A stretch of 64,000 bases of DNA from a virus. Location of the stretch: the IMG/VR virus record IMGVR_UViG_3300009161_000031, positions 37,004 through 101,003 of that record; one strand, given 5' to 3'. The notes below the pieces were generated by a model. That model was not told the DNA's origin. It saw only the letters and a list, made by a program, of their open reading frames with translations, and did no database searches. The translations under genes and the position numbers were made by a program. This document shows positions 1-9,573 of the stretch, in pieces (positions within the stretch are counted from its first letter, which is position 1; each line of letters begins with the position of its first letter).

Positions 1-2
1 AT

Positions 3-506
3 ATGAAAGATATTACAGATATATACAATTCAGATGCATATGGCAGACTTTTTAATACTGTTGCTGATATATATGAATGTGAATGTGAAGAAGATTTAGT
101 ATGTGTTGCTCATAATATTTACAATGAGAATAGAACTAACCACTATACTATCCAAGATTGGATTCTTAATTTAAGAAGTAAAGAATATGAGCAAGGTATG
201 CAAGCCTTAAGAACTTTAGATGATAAATATTGTTGTCTTGGAGTATTGTGTGATATAACTCCTAACAATGTTTGGTTTGAAGATGGAAATTTAGACCTTA
301 GAAGTAATTATACAAATCAGAGTGGTACCTTGCTAGATAATGATATTCTTCATGATTTAGGTATTGCTGATGTTACTCAAAAGATTCTAGCTGGTCTTAA
401 TGATATGGGTACTTCTTTTGATGATATTGCTGATTGCATTGAGGCTAATTCTTTTGCTTCATTGTTATTTCATGCTCCAGAGTTTAATAAGAAAGGTAGT
501 GAATAA
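3..506 (+). CDS. phage hypothetical protein
   Basis: 167-aa ORF with W..LRS..Y.QG..L...CCLGVLC...LND.G..F..IAD.IE pattern typical of phage hypotheticals; may be 5'-truncated by window edge. Confidence 0.75.
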   Translation: MKDITDIYNSDAYGRLFNTVADIYECECEEDLVCVAHNIYNENRTNHYTIQDWILNLRSKEYEQGMQALRTLDDKYCCLGVLCDITPNNVWFEDGNLDLRSNYTNQSGTLLDNDILHDLGIADVTQKILAGLNDMGTSFDDIADCIEANSFASLLFHAPEFNKKGSE

Positions 507-507
507 T

Positions 508-888
508 ATGAGTGGCGTTACTTATAAGTCAATGGTTATGTTTGAGAATAATTGGGGTGTGTATGGATATCAGTCCCACAACTTGGGAATGTTTACCTGT
601 ATTGAATGTACTCCGAAAAAGAATATAGATTCGTTAGATGTATTTGAGGTAAATTCTGATACCCGTTGGGCTATTGATGATGAAGATACACAAGGGTTAC
701 AAGGATTAGAATGTTATGATTGTGGGGAAGTTTTATGTGTAGCATATGTACCTTATACTAACGAACAAAACTTGCGTTCTAACTTGCCTGATTTAGATTT
801 ATTGAATAAAGCATTTGAGTTATTAGTAGAAGCAAACCAAGCCACTAGTGATTGGACTTATTTAAGCATACCAAAGGAGTTAACATAA
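508..888 (+). CDS. hypothetical protein with two CxxC pairs (possible Zn-binding)
   Basis: ATG at 508 after GAAAGGT; CIEC and CYDC motifs; ORF track start at 400 overlaps the previous gene. Confidence 0.7.
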   Translation: MSGVTYKSMVMFENNWGVYGYQSHNLGMFTCIECTPKKNIDSLDVFEVNSDTRWAIDDEDTQGLQGLECYDCGEVLCVAYVPYTNEQNLRSNLPDLDLLNKAFELLVEANQATSDWTYLSIPKELT

Positions 889-1040
889 TGGGTGACGATT
901 GGATTTGGACTAGTTATCCAGAAACTATGACGTTAGAAGAATATCGTAAGAATAGAGATAAAGTTGAGCCTAAGAACTCTGAGTTTGTTTCGGCATTGTT
1001 TCCTATTGAGGCTACACTTAAAGAAATGGGAGAAAAATGA
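888..1040 (+). CDS. small hypothetical protein (MGDDWIW...)
   Basis: AAGGAG RBS, TAATG overlap with upstream stop. Confidence 0.65.
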   Translation: MGDDWIWTSYPETMTLEEYRKNRDKVEPKNSEFVSALFPIEATLKEMGEK

Positions 1041-1402
1041 GTAATGGTAATGTAGTTATTGTCCAGCCTAAGATTGATGATGAGCATATAGATAGTTATT
1101 GGTATGATGGTTTAATTGCTCATACTATTGATTATGAATTATATGCTCGTGGTGAGATTAAGATTATGATGGTAGATGAAGATGGTAATTATGTGGGTAT
1201 GTATGATGGTAAGGCTAGAGATAATTATCGTAAACCATTGAATGACAATGACTTGAAGAAAGTCTATGCTTGTGAGGGTGGCTATATTACTGATAATAAT
1301 AACTGGTTTGAAATCAATATAATCAATGAACCAGACTTTGGGGTTATTGTTGATACCTATGATGAGGGTATCGAACGTCTAATAGAAATGAGTGGTAAGT
1401 AA
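1037..1402 (+). CDS. acidic hypothetical protein
   Basis: GGGAG RBS, ATGA overlap, 121 aa. Confidence 0.75.
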   Translation: MSNGNVVIVQPKIDDEHIDSYWYDGLIAHTIDYELYARGEIKIMMVDEDGNYVGMYDGKARDNYRKPLNDNDLKKVYACEGGYITDNNNWFEINIINEPDFGVIVDTYDEGIERLIEMSGK

Positions 1403-1653
1403 TGAGTATATTTAATAATGACACATATGTGATATTTAAAGATTCAATCCTTGACGAACTTTTTGAGGAGACTAATGGCTCTGTTCATATTGTTTGGTAT
1501 GGTGGTAATATGTTTAATGTTTTTATAGACAATGTTGAGATTGACGTATTTACCTATGGTGGAGTTCCTGAGATTACTTTCGATATTGCCTATGCTTTAT
1601 GTCAAGATCATTTTGATGAAATAAAGCAAGAATGGAACAGTGAAAATGAGTGA
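1402..1653 (+). CDS. hypothetical protein
   Basis: TAATG coupling, 83 aa. Confidence 0.7.
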   Translation: MSIFNNDTYVIFKDSILDELFEETNGSVHIVWYGGNMFNVFIDNVEIDVFTYGGVPEITFDIAYALCQDHFDEIKQEWNSENE

Positions 1654-1897
1654 GGGCTATTCTCATATCTTATGGCTCGATGCTATTCTCAAAGACTTAT
1701 TGGAGTCAGATGTACAACCAATTCATCCAGATTGGGATAGTAAAGAAAGTTATAAATCTGTTCAGTTAGCGAGAGCAACTTCAGATTTTAGTAATCTATC
1801 AGGCCAAGAAAAGAGAGATATTTTTCTCTTTTTGTGTGGTTGGGTATTAGACAAACATAGCGGGTTAGATTTAGAGGAAAAAGAAAATGATGAGTAA
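1640..1897 (+). CDS. hypothetical protein
   Basis: operon packing; start could be ATG 1646. Confidence 0.65.
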   Translation: MKMSEGYSHILWLDAILKDLLESDVQPIHPDWDSKESYKSVQLARATSDFSNLSGQEKRDIFLFLCGWVLDKHSGLDLEEKENDE

Positions 1898-2207
1898 TCA
1901 CGAAACTAAAGAATCATTGAAGAAACAGTCTGAGTATTCAGATTTATCTAGAGCATTGTTAATGGCTAGGTCTATGGAAGATACAGAAATGGTTGTTGGG
2001 CTACTTAAAGAAGTAGATGTAATTCTAGATTCCAACCCTGTAGATAGACTTATTATGCTTGGGTGTCTAGTTAATCTTTCACATTCGTGTGCTAGTGGAA
2101 TGGCTGCACTTCTTGATATAGAAATTGCGGATATTGTATTAATGGATGCTACTGCTCAATATCATATTGAAGCTGAGACTATGAATAACTTTACAGATGA
2201 GGCTTAG
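1887..2207 (+). CDS. hypothetical helical protein
   Basis: GAGG RBS, last gene of the + operon. Confidence 0.7.
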   Translation: MMSNHETKESLKKQSEYSDLSRALLMARSMEDTEMVVGLLKEVDVILDSNPVDRLIMLGCLVNLSHSCASGMAALLDIEIADIVLMDATAQYHIEAETMNNFTDEA

Positions 2208-2642
2208 TATTTAATGTAAGCAATGTGGTGTTTTAAAGATGTTGAAATAGGGCTAGCGGGTTTTTTCCTTTCTGTCGTGATGGGAAACCTGCACTATTTG
2301 TTGTAATAGTGTTTACTAACCAGAGTTGTTTGTTGTCTTACTTTTCTTAAGATAATGGGAAAGGTTTCCCGCCCTATTTCTACTTTTTATATTCTAAGTA
2401 TATCCATAATCTGTAAACTATATATCGTTAGGATATTAATAAAACTATTTTACAATCATATTGTTATTTTCGGGGGTTTTTAGAGAGTCTAATATCCCTA
2501 TATAGAATAGAATCTAAGGGGTCTAGAAGGCTAGCTGATGGCCTTTGTTATTCGGGCGGGACATTGGGATATCATATCTCCCTAGTAAGAGAATAAGATA
2601 AGAGGCAAGCCAAAAAAGATACCTACCAACAAGGAGAAAAGA

Positions 2643-2708
2643 ATGTTAACGATAATAACAATACTATTCATAATAACCCTAAGCATACTAATAACAAAAG
2701 TTAGTTAA
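2643..2708 (+). CDS. putative 21-aa hydrophobic micropeptide MLTIITILFIITLSILITKVS
   Basis: AAGGAG RBS just upstream of ATG; single hydrophobic helix; below ORF-track cutoff. Confidence 0.4.
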   Translation: MLTIITILFIITLSILITKVS

Positions 2709-3730
2709 AACAAACATAAAGACAGAGAACAAGGTTCCGCTATGATAACGGAACTAATGACGGGGGTCTGCTGTGCCATAATGTGCATTCTATTTGAGAG
2801 TTTTTTGATATAGAATAGGCTATTTCTAGCTGTTTGTAGATGATATTCGCCTATATATAAAAGAATTTAATATAAAACACTCCCTTATATAACCCTTACT
2901 AGGAGAATATAAGAGTCGTTTAGACCCGCCGGTTATGGGTTTTGTTGGTGTTTGGTTCATATGTATAGTATATCAAGATTATTGTAAAGTTAGAGGTTGA
3001 GTATCTCCCTCCGCAAATATGATATTAAATTATTTTATTTGTGTTTTTGTAGAAAAAGTCAAAATTTGTTCCGCTGGCGTTTTTTACATATAATGTTTCT
3101 TTATAGGTAAGTTGGCGATAATTGTTGGCGGTATTTGTTGTATTCAGTTATTGCCCGCAAATATCCTCAACAATTGTGGCATTCTTTAACTCCATAAATA
3201 AAAAAGAAAAATATCTTTTCATAAATTCGGGACTCTATTGTTTTCCTCTATTCTTAGAGTAATTAAAACAATAAATACTAACCGTTATATCCCCGCAAAT
3301 AGTTTAGACGGGATTTGAAGAATTTATCCTCTAGTCTAAACTCATATATCTACCAGCAAGTAATTACTCCAAGGTTAGACTGTCACTTTTGTGGCAGCCG
3401 AATCTGGAGTATTTTTTTTGCCCTCATTTAACGCAGTAAAAAAAAGTTTCTTTTTTCAGTTTTAGAATCAAAAACTCGAGAAAATATAAAGTTTATTTAT
3501 TTCCAAATAGGTAGACGTTAAAATAACCCCAACATCTAACACCAGATAAAACGGTCGTTTTTTGCTCCTTCGTCGCAAAAAGGGACGACCGCCTAATGTG
3601 GCTGTCTGATGTTGATGTTTGTGTGTGCGGTATTTATTACACATCCCATTTGTTATCGCACCAGAGGAGGCTGTTGTTCCAAAACAGCCGCAGGCTGTTT
3701 TGGAACAACAGGCCAACAGCTATTAGACAA

Positions 3731-3779
3731 AAAAAAGGGGAGAGGCTGAGGGAACGTGAAACCCCCAACCTCTCCCCTA
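3731..3779 (-). terminator. intrinsic terminator for minus-strand genes
   Basis: AGGGGAGAGG...CCTCTCCCCT stem; the A-run on + gives a U-tract on the minus strand just after the stop at 3787. Confidence 0.7.
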
Positions 3780-3786
3780 ATCTTAT

Positions 3787-3957
3787 TTAGAAGTTTACGT
3801 CTTTTACGCTAACTCCAACATTTACGAGATTAGTTTCATCATTTAGAATCCCACTCATTTGAGCGGTAACTAAATCTTCCATTTCTCTATCTGTAAGCAT
3901 TTTTCCTTCATCGCATTCCATACCGATTATCATTGTAAATAGTCTTAGTGTTTTCAT
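3787..3957 (-). CDS. hypothetical protein (56 aa, MKTLRLFTMIIGMECDEGK...)
   Basis: read manually; abuts the stop of 3958-4257, AAGGA upstream. Confidence 0.6.
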   Translation of the reverse strand: MKTLRLFTMIIGMECDEGKMLTDREMEDLVTAQMSGILNDETNLVNVGVSVKDVNF

Positions 3958-4257
3958 TTAGAAGTCCTTTCCAAAGTGTTCATTTATTTTATAGGCTAGG
4001 TATTCTTTATTTCCATTAGCGGGGTGATTCTTTATGCTGTTTTCTAATGATGACTCTTCAGCCAACTTTACTTCAGACTTATTACCGTAAGTCTGAACAT
4101 AAAGTTGATGCCAAGCACTTTCTGCTTCTGATTTGAGAATGTCAATCTCAAACTCTAAGTCTGCTATCTTTCCATCTTTCTTACCTTTACCCATAAGGTA
4201 TCCGGCAAGAACAGAACCCATCATTAGTACTACCTGAAACCAAAATAGATTTCTCAT
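3958..4257 (-). CDS. N-terminally membrane-anchored coiled-coil protein
   Basis: hydrophobic N-terminus LFWFQVVLMMGSVLAGYLMG followed by heptads; GGGAG RBS. Confidence 0.7.
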   Translation of the reverse strand: MRNLFWFQVVLMMGSVLAGYLMGKGKKDGKIADLEFEIDILKSEAESAWHQLYVQTYGNKSEVKLAEESSLENSIKNHPANGNKEYLAYKINEHFGKDF

Positions 4258-4547
4258 TGAATAAAATCTCCCGTCAACTCAAACAAACCATCTAGTTTGT
4301 TATTTACAACAATAAGCACTCTCTTTAGTTGAGCATTTTGTTCTTCTAAGTCATAAAGATTATTTAGTTTTTTGTGTATCTCTTCCATAGTTCTTGTTAT
4401 TCTGGCAATCTCAACATCTTTCTCTACAACAGTCATTTCTAAAGAAGTAATCACTTCTGCTAACTCAAAGTTAGAATAGTTCTCTAACTCAAAGATTCTT
4501 GCTTGTCTAACACTACTAGGAATAAATACTTCTTCTCTATTCTCCAT
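4254..4547 (-). CDS. coiled-coil hypothetical protein
   Basis: heptad-rich 97 aa; AGGA RBS. Confidence 0.7.
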   Translation of the reverse strand: MENREEVFIPSSVRQARIFELENYSNFELAEVITSLEMTVVEKDVEIARITRTMEEIHKKLNNLYDLEEQNAQLKRVLIVVNNKLDGLFELTGDFIQ

Positions 4548-4964
4548 TTTTATTTCCTATCTATTAGGCCCGATTAGTCGGGGGTAAGGGGTGGAACCGA
4601 TAAGGCCACCCTAGCACACTCTCCCGCTTGTCTCGCATTGGCAAACTAAAAAAGAAAAAACCAAAATTTTGATCCGGGGAATAGTTCTACATAATGTTTT
4701 CGCATAGAGATGTTTGAGATTATTATTGTTGATTATTGTTGCCGTTAGTTATTCGCTTATTTATTCCAGTTTATTGTTGAGATAAGACGAAGAGATGCTG
4801 GCGTGCCAAAATCGCCGGAGGCGATTTTGGCACGCCAGCCCTGAAGCGGACGCGTCAAGGGGAGGGGCCGTCGCCCCTCCCCTATTCGCCGCAGACCTTC
4901 GGTGCCTGCCTTCCCTTCGGGTCGGGGGCTTGTTCCCCTACCCGCTACTAGTAACCATCGCAGG

Positions 4965-5231
4965 CTAGGCTCTCACCCGTACTTGGGCGAAACCCTCGGG
5001 CGAGAAGTCTACGCGGCACTCTCCCGCTTGAACCTCCGCCCAATGCTTGCGAATGGTTGCGGACACCGTAGGCCGGTCGCTTTTGGCGACAGCGCCGAAT
5101 GTCCCCTTGAGGGCTACGCCTTGCTTGGGGGTAACCTTCGCAAGAGTCTCAAGAAGTTCTACAATAAGAACCTTCTTACGACCTCGTGGGGAAACCTGTA
5201 CGGAATCCGCTGAAATGAACTCATCGTTCAT
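4965..5231 (-). CDS. cassette C1, family A protein (VQVSPRGRKK...GTFG...DFSPEG.AQVR), putative DNA-binding
   Basis: GGAGGTG RBS before ATG 5231; paralogs at 6039 and 7659. Confidence 0.85.
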   Translation of the reverse strand: MNDEFISADSVQVSPRGRKKVLIVELLETLAKVTPKQGVALKGTFGAVAKSDRPTVSATIRKHWAEVQAGECRVDFSPEGFAQVRVRA

Positions 5232-5504
5232 TTGTCTAATCACCTCCCGTCTTGAGCCGTTGCTCTTAGTGTTTCGAAGAATCCGAACTTTACCGGATTA
5301 CCTGACAAAGAACAGACTACCGGCCTAGAGCTATTGAGTCCACTTCTGCTCATTCTTTTATTTTTATTCTCAATAACTAACCTACTAAAAAAGCCTCATT
5401 ATTTGACACCACTAGATGCTGTCGTGCCAGGATCGCCTGCGGCGATTTTGGCACGACAGCCCACTCCGTAGCCTCGGGGGTTTCCCCCCGAGGATTTGCG
5501 GAAC

Positions 5505-5714
5505 TTAGACGTACTGCTTCTCACATAGGCAGCATTTGTCGTTGTAGTAAAAATCTGATTCCTTGCGCTGTTTGATGGTCTGCCTGCGAACGATTAGGGG
5601 TATGTAACTACCGCCTTTGGCTCGGGGGTCATTGTGAAAACAGTCGTGACAGACTAAGCCGTTACCGCCTAGGCGATGAACAAAATAACAGCCTTTGAGT
5701 TTTGGAGAAGTCAT
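5505..5714 (-). CDS. cassette C2, small Cys-rich protein (CHDC, CCLC; possible Zn finger)
   Basis: own promoter, AAAGG RBS and terminator hairpin. Confidence 0.75.
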   Translation of the reverse strand: MTSPKLKGCYFVHRLGGNGLVCHDCFHNDPRAKGGSYIPLIVRRQTIKQRKESDFYYNDKCCLCEKQYV

Positions 5715-6038
5715 TATGAGCCTTTCGGACTAGGGGACTTGATTACATACTGAAATCTACTAGCTAACGGCCTGCGAGTCAAGCCTTAGCGAGTATTTAT
5801 TCTATTTATTTATTTATCTAACCCCAAGCAATGCTGGCGCTCCAAATCGCCGGAGGCGATTTGGAGCGCCAGCCCCGAGCGCGACAAGGCCCGCTCTGAG
5901 GGGGCAGAGCGGGCCTTGAGCTAGAGTAATTCGGGGGAGAGGTTCGCACCTCTCCCCCTACGGCTGCGGCTATCGGGATTGCCGCTGGCACCTCGCACCC
6001 CGTAGCAAGCGGGGGGCGCTACTGATACGATTCATCCG

Positions 6039-6305
6039 CTAGCGGATACGCACCTGCGCGTATCCCTCCGGTGAGAAATCAATACGGCATTCGCCGCTTT
6101 GTATAACGCACCAGTGCTTCCGAATCGTTGCTGCTACCGTCGGGCGGTCACTCTTGGCGACTACTCCAAAGGTTCCCTTAAGCGCAACACCCTGCTCGGG
6201 TGTGACGTTCGAGAGAGTGTCAAGCAAATCCTGAATAAGAATTTTCTTGCGCCCTCGCGGGGATACCTGTACGGCATCAGCAGGTAGAAATTCATCTGCT
6301 GGCAT
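6039..6305 (-). CDS. cassette C3, family A paralog
   Basis: GAGGTG RBS before ATG 6305; aligns with C1 and C6 over the full length. Confidence 0.85.
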   Translation of the reverse strand: MPADEFLPADAVQVSPRGRKKILIQDLLDTLSNVTPEQGVALKGTFGVVAKSDRPTVAATIRKHWCVIQSGECRIDFSPEGYAQVRIR

Positions 6306-6577
6306 AATAATCACCTCGATTCTTGGGCCGTTGCCCGATAGTTACGATGGGAACCTTGCCGTTCCCTGCTGACAAAGACCAAACTAATCGCGATGCCGTT
6401 CCCAGTCAATTTCTGTACGTCATTATTACCTCAAGAAACTTATCATTTGCGCACATTCCATAAAATGTAAATACCGCTACGACTTGACACGGGCGTGCCT
6501 TTTTGCGAGAGCAAAAAGGCACGCCCGCCCTGAGCAACCGGCATCAGGGCGAGCGTACGGCCTTTGGAGGCTCGCTG

Positions 6578-6868
6578 TTAGGCGAAATCCTCGGGGGTGA
6601 TGGAGTCCCAATCCATTGCGTCTACGACTTCCTCGGGGCTAATCCCGAGGAGTTCGGTCACCTCTAGGTGACTAACGCCTAAATCTAGCGCTCGGGCGAT
6701 AATGGCGGGGCCGAGAGCGTCAAAGGCGCGTGACATAAGAAGCACACCCGTTATGGCGTGACGGATAGAGTCGGGGTCGCCATTGACGACCAACTCGTGA
6801 AGGTTAAACATTGCCTGTACGCTTACCTCTAGCGTTTCTGTTAGTAGATTACGCTCTTGCTCGTTCAT
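6578..6868 (-). CDS. cassette C4, helical protein with possible C-terminal HTH (LGVSHLEVTELLGISPEEV)
   Basis: own promoter and RBS; the HTH call is inference. Confidence 0.8.
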   Translation of the reverse strand: MNEQERNLLTETLEVSVQAMFNLHELVVNGDPDSIRHAITGVLLMSRAFDALGPAIIARALDLGVSHLEVTELLGISPEEVVDAMDWDSITPEDFA

Positions 6869-7086
6869 TCGGTGGAGCCTCTCTGTTAGGTGACTTGCTT
6901 ACAAAAGAGAAACTACTAGCTATTGGCCTGCGAGTCAAGTCGGAGCGGGGATTTATTCTATTTTATTTACAATGCCAAGCCAAGAGATGCTGGCGCTCCA
7001 AATCGCCGGAGGCGATTTGGAGCGCCAGCGCATAGCAAAGCCCCCACCGTTGCCGGTAGGGGCTTTTATTGCTAAGGCGGGGTGGC

Positions 7087-7443
7087 TTAGTTATCCAGCC
7101 CCTTAAACGTGCGTTCGATGTCTCGGATTGTCTGCGCTGCCCACGCATAGGCGAGTCCCTGTAACTCGTCTGCGATAGGCTCCCCCACTAGAAGGCAGAG
7201 AGCGATTCTCAAGCCCTCTTGCTCTCCCTCTATTTTTAGGGCTTCGGCATTGTGCGGGTAGTTAAATGCGTCTAGGCGTAACTCGCTTATTCCTAGTCGA
7301 ATGGCTATGGCCTCAACAGCCGATTTGAGGTCTTTAACCCTTTCCATTATCGGATAATGGAAACCTGCCTGATAGTGAAAAAAGTTAAAGATCGCGTCTT
7401 TAAGTTTTTTTTCGTATGCTTCTGCGCTAGTCGCGATGTCCAT
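7087..7443 (-). CDS. cassette C5, hypothetical protein
   Basis: own promoter, AAAGG RBS and terminator. Confidence 0.8.
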   Translation of the reverse strand: MDIATSAEAYEKKLKDAIFNFFHYQAGFHYPIMERVKDLKSAVEAIAIRLGISELRLDAFNYPHNAEALKIEGEQEGLRIALCLLVGEPIADELQGLAYAWAAQTIRDIERTFKGLDN

Positions 7444-7658
7444 TGGGAGAGCCTTTCGGTTGGGTGGCTTGGGTACAAATGAGAAACTACCAGCTCACGG
7501 CCTGCGAGTCAAGCCGGAGCGGGTATTTATTCTATTTATTTTTGTTAGCGATACCAGATAATGCTGGCGCTCCAAATCGCCGGAGGCGATTTGGAGCGCC
7601 AGCGCATAGGAAAGCCCCCGCCTCACGGCAGGGGCTTTCCCGTATTCCGCTAAGGGGG

Positions 7659-7925
7659 TTAGCGGATTCTTACCTGAGCGTATCCCTCAGGCGAAAAGTC
7701 AATACGGCACTCTGAAGCCTGAACCTCGCTCCAATGCTTGCGGATAGTCGCCGCAACCGTTGGCCGGTCAGACTTAGCAACCTCACCGAACGTACCTTTG
7801 AGAGATACGCCTTGCTTTGCGGTTACTTTCTTTAGTGTTGCGAGTAGGTCGGGGATTAGGATTTTCTTTCGACCTCGGGGCGATACCTGAACATCGCTAG
7901 CGTCAATAAACTCATCTACGGGCAT
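7659..7925 (-). CDS. cassette C6, family A paralog
   Basis: AAAGGAAAG RBS before ATG 7925 (MPVDEF); the ORF-track start 8015 lies in the promoter. Confidence 0.85.
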   Translation of the reverse strand: MPVDEFIDASDVQVSPRGRKKILIPDLLATLKKVTAKQGVSLKGTFGEVAKSDRPTVAATIRKHWSEVQASECRIDFSPEGYAQVRIR

Positions 7926-8195
7926 TTGGCACTTTCCTTTTCTTAGTAGGTAGTTAGAGTAGAAAGTCTCCGCTCCAACAGAGATAAATCTACTCCTCCC
8001 TACTAAGTGAGTCAAGTTGGAGCGAGAGTTTTTCTAGAAACTTTTTGAGTAGCTGTCGGCCCGAGCGTTTATTCCACCTAACATAAAACCTAAGACGACT
8101 TGACACGGGCGTGCCTTTTTGCGAGGAACGAGCAAAAAGGCACGCCCGCCCTGAGCAACCGGCATCAGGGCGAGCGTGCGGCCTTGCGGAGCGGA

Positions 8196-8423
8196 CTAGA
8201 TAATCACGCCCTCCATCAGGTTTACCAACGCATCAGCCGTAGTTACCGGAGCGTAGCCGTAGGCAATAGCGGCGATTATTTCTCTATCGCCATTTTTTGC
8301 GGCGACTCTTAGAACGTGAGAGATAATGGCGACGACATTAGAGTCATTGCTTATCTTATGGGCGATAGAATCGGTGCGATTTATTAGAGCGCTTCTTATG
8401 GCTTGAGTTTGTTCAGGATTCAC
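8196..8423 (-). CDS. cassette C7, hypothetical helical protein
   Basis: GTG start after AAAGG; flanks nearly identical to those of C4. Confidence 0.75.
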   Translation of the reverse strand: MNPEQTQAIRSALINRTDSIAHKISNDSNVVAIISHVLRVAAKNGDREIIAAIAYGYAPVTTADALVNLMEGVII

Positions 8424-8709
8424 GTTGGAGCCTTTCGGTTAGGCGACTTGCTTACAAGAGAGAAACTACCAGCTATTGGCCTACGAGTCAAGCCGGAGAA
8501 GGTATTTATTCTATTTTATTTTAGAACTGATACCGAGCAATGCTGGCGCTCCAAATCGCCGGAGGCGATTTGGAGCGCCAGCCCTGAACGCAACAAAGCC
8601 CGCTCTGAGGGGGCAGAGCGGGCTTTGCGATAATGGCGGCCCCCCACGCCCCGTATGCGGGCGTAATGCCTTCAGCAAACCCAACGGGTTATGCGGGGGG
8701 GGCCACGAA

Positions 8710-8850
8710 CTAGAAGTTGAGAGACTCAATCCACGCTGCGACAATCGGCAGGACTATGAACGCCGAGATGCCGAGCAGATACGGGAAGACCTGCCTCCAC
8801 CTATCTTGGAGACTAAAGAATACCTCTACGCTATCGAAACGACGGTTCAT
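8710..8850 (-). CDS. cassette C8b, 46-aa single-pass membrane protein MNRRFDSVEVFFSLQDRWRQVFPYLLGISAFIVLPIVAAWIESLNF
   Basis: read manually; TGATG coupling to C8a. Confidence 0.65.
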   Translation of the reverse strand: MNRRFDSVEVFFSLQDRWRQVFPYLLGISAFIVLPIVAAWIESLNF

Positions 8851-9035
8851 CAGATTACCTTTCCGATTAGTGTGATGACTAGAGCGCCTAGACCTATTAG
8901 GGCTAGGAATCCTAGCGTTATTAGGGTCACGCCGAGTAGCCCTGCGGCCACCTCTGCGAAACTATCTTCGCGAACATTCTTGAACCACACGTTAGATAGT
9001 TTCATAGTTTTCCTTTGCTCGGGGTTGGTTTCCAT
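8850..9035 (-). CDS. cassette C8a, small membrane protein
   Basis: long hydrophobic C-terminus; ATG 9035 is 6 nt after the -10 box (leaderless), or an internal start MKLSN after AGGAA. Confidence 0.7.
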   Translation of the reverse strand: METNPEQRKTMKLSNVWFKNVREDSFAEVAAGLLGVTLITLGFLALIGLGALVITLIGKVI

Positions 9036-9231
9036 AGTTAGAAACTACTAGCTGATGGCCTGCGAGTCAAGTCTATTTGGTTATTTATTCTAAGTTTATC
9101 TAATACCGATACCAGCCTTTGCTGTCGTGCCTCACATTTATGTGAGGTGTCGTGAGGCACGACAGCCCGATAGGTTTCCGGGCGCGAAAAAGCCCCCCTT
9201 GCGGGGGGCTTCTGCCGACTCTCCGAGGCCG

Positions 9232-9573
9232 CTAGGCGACCTCGGGGCGGTCTTCCCGGCAGTCGTGATGCCCGCTGTAGCAAAACTCGTCGCTATCGAA
9301 CTCTATAGAGTCATCGCCCTCAACGAAAATAAGCATCCCTGCGGCCATAGCCTCGTAATGCCCCTCGGGGTTCTGAATGATAGCCATGTAATCCCTGTCC
9401 GTTTGAGGGTCAAGCGCCTCAACGGCATAACCGATTAGAGCAGTTTTATCCGCCCAGTCCGCGTCCCAAAAGTTTCGAGACTCAATAAAGCGCATAAGTC
9501 TCCATTCTTTGACATCAAGTAAGCCGCCAAAGTGAAAATCTAGCAAGTGGCGAACGGTTTCGATGGTCTCCAT
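9232..9573 (-). CDS. cassette C9, family B acidic protein
   Basis: AAGGGG RBS; paralog of C10 (IETVRHLLDFH...RNFW...NPEG.YEAMA...DEFC...H.DCRE.RPE). Confidence 0.85.
   Translation of the reverse strand: METIETVRHLLDFHFGGLLDVKEWRLMRFIESRNFWDADWADKTALIGYAVEALDPQTDRDYMAIIQNPEGHYEAMAAGMLIFVEGDDSIEFDSDEFCYSGHHDCREDRPEVA

Noticed and set aside
8634-8704. Canonical tRNA gene
   Set aside because: No TTCRA T-loop, D-arm or 7-nt anticodon loop; reported only as a tRNA-like fold. No canonical tRNA was recognised anywhere in the window.
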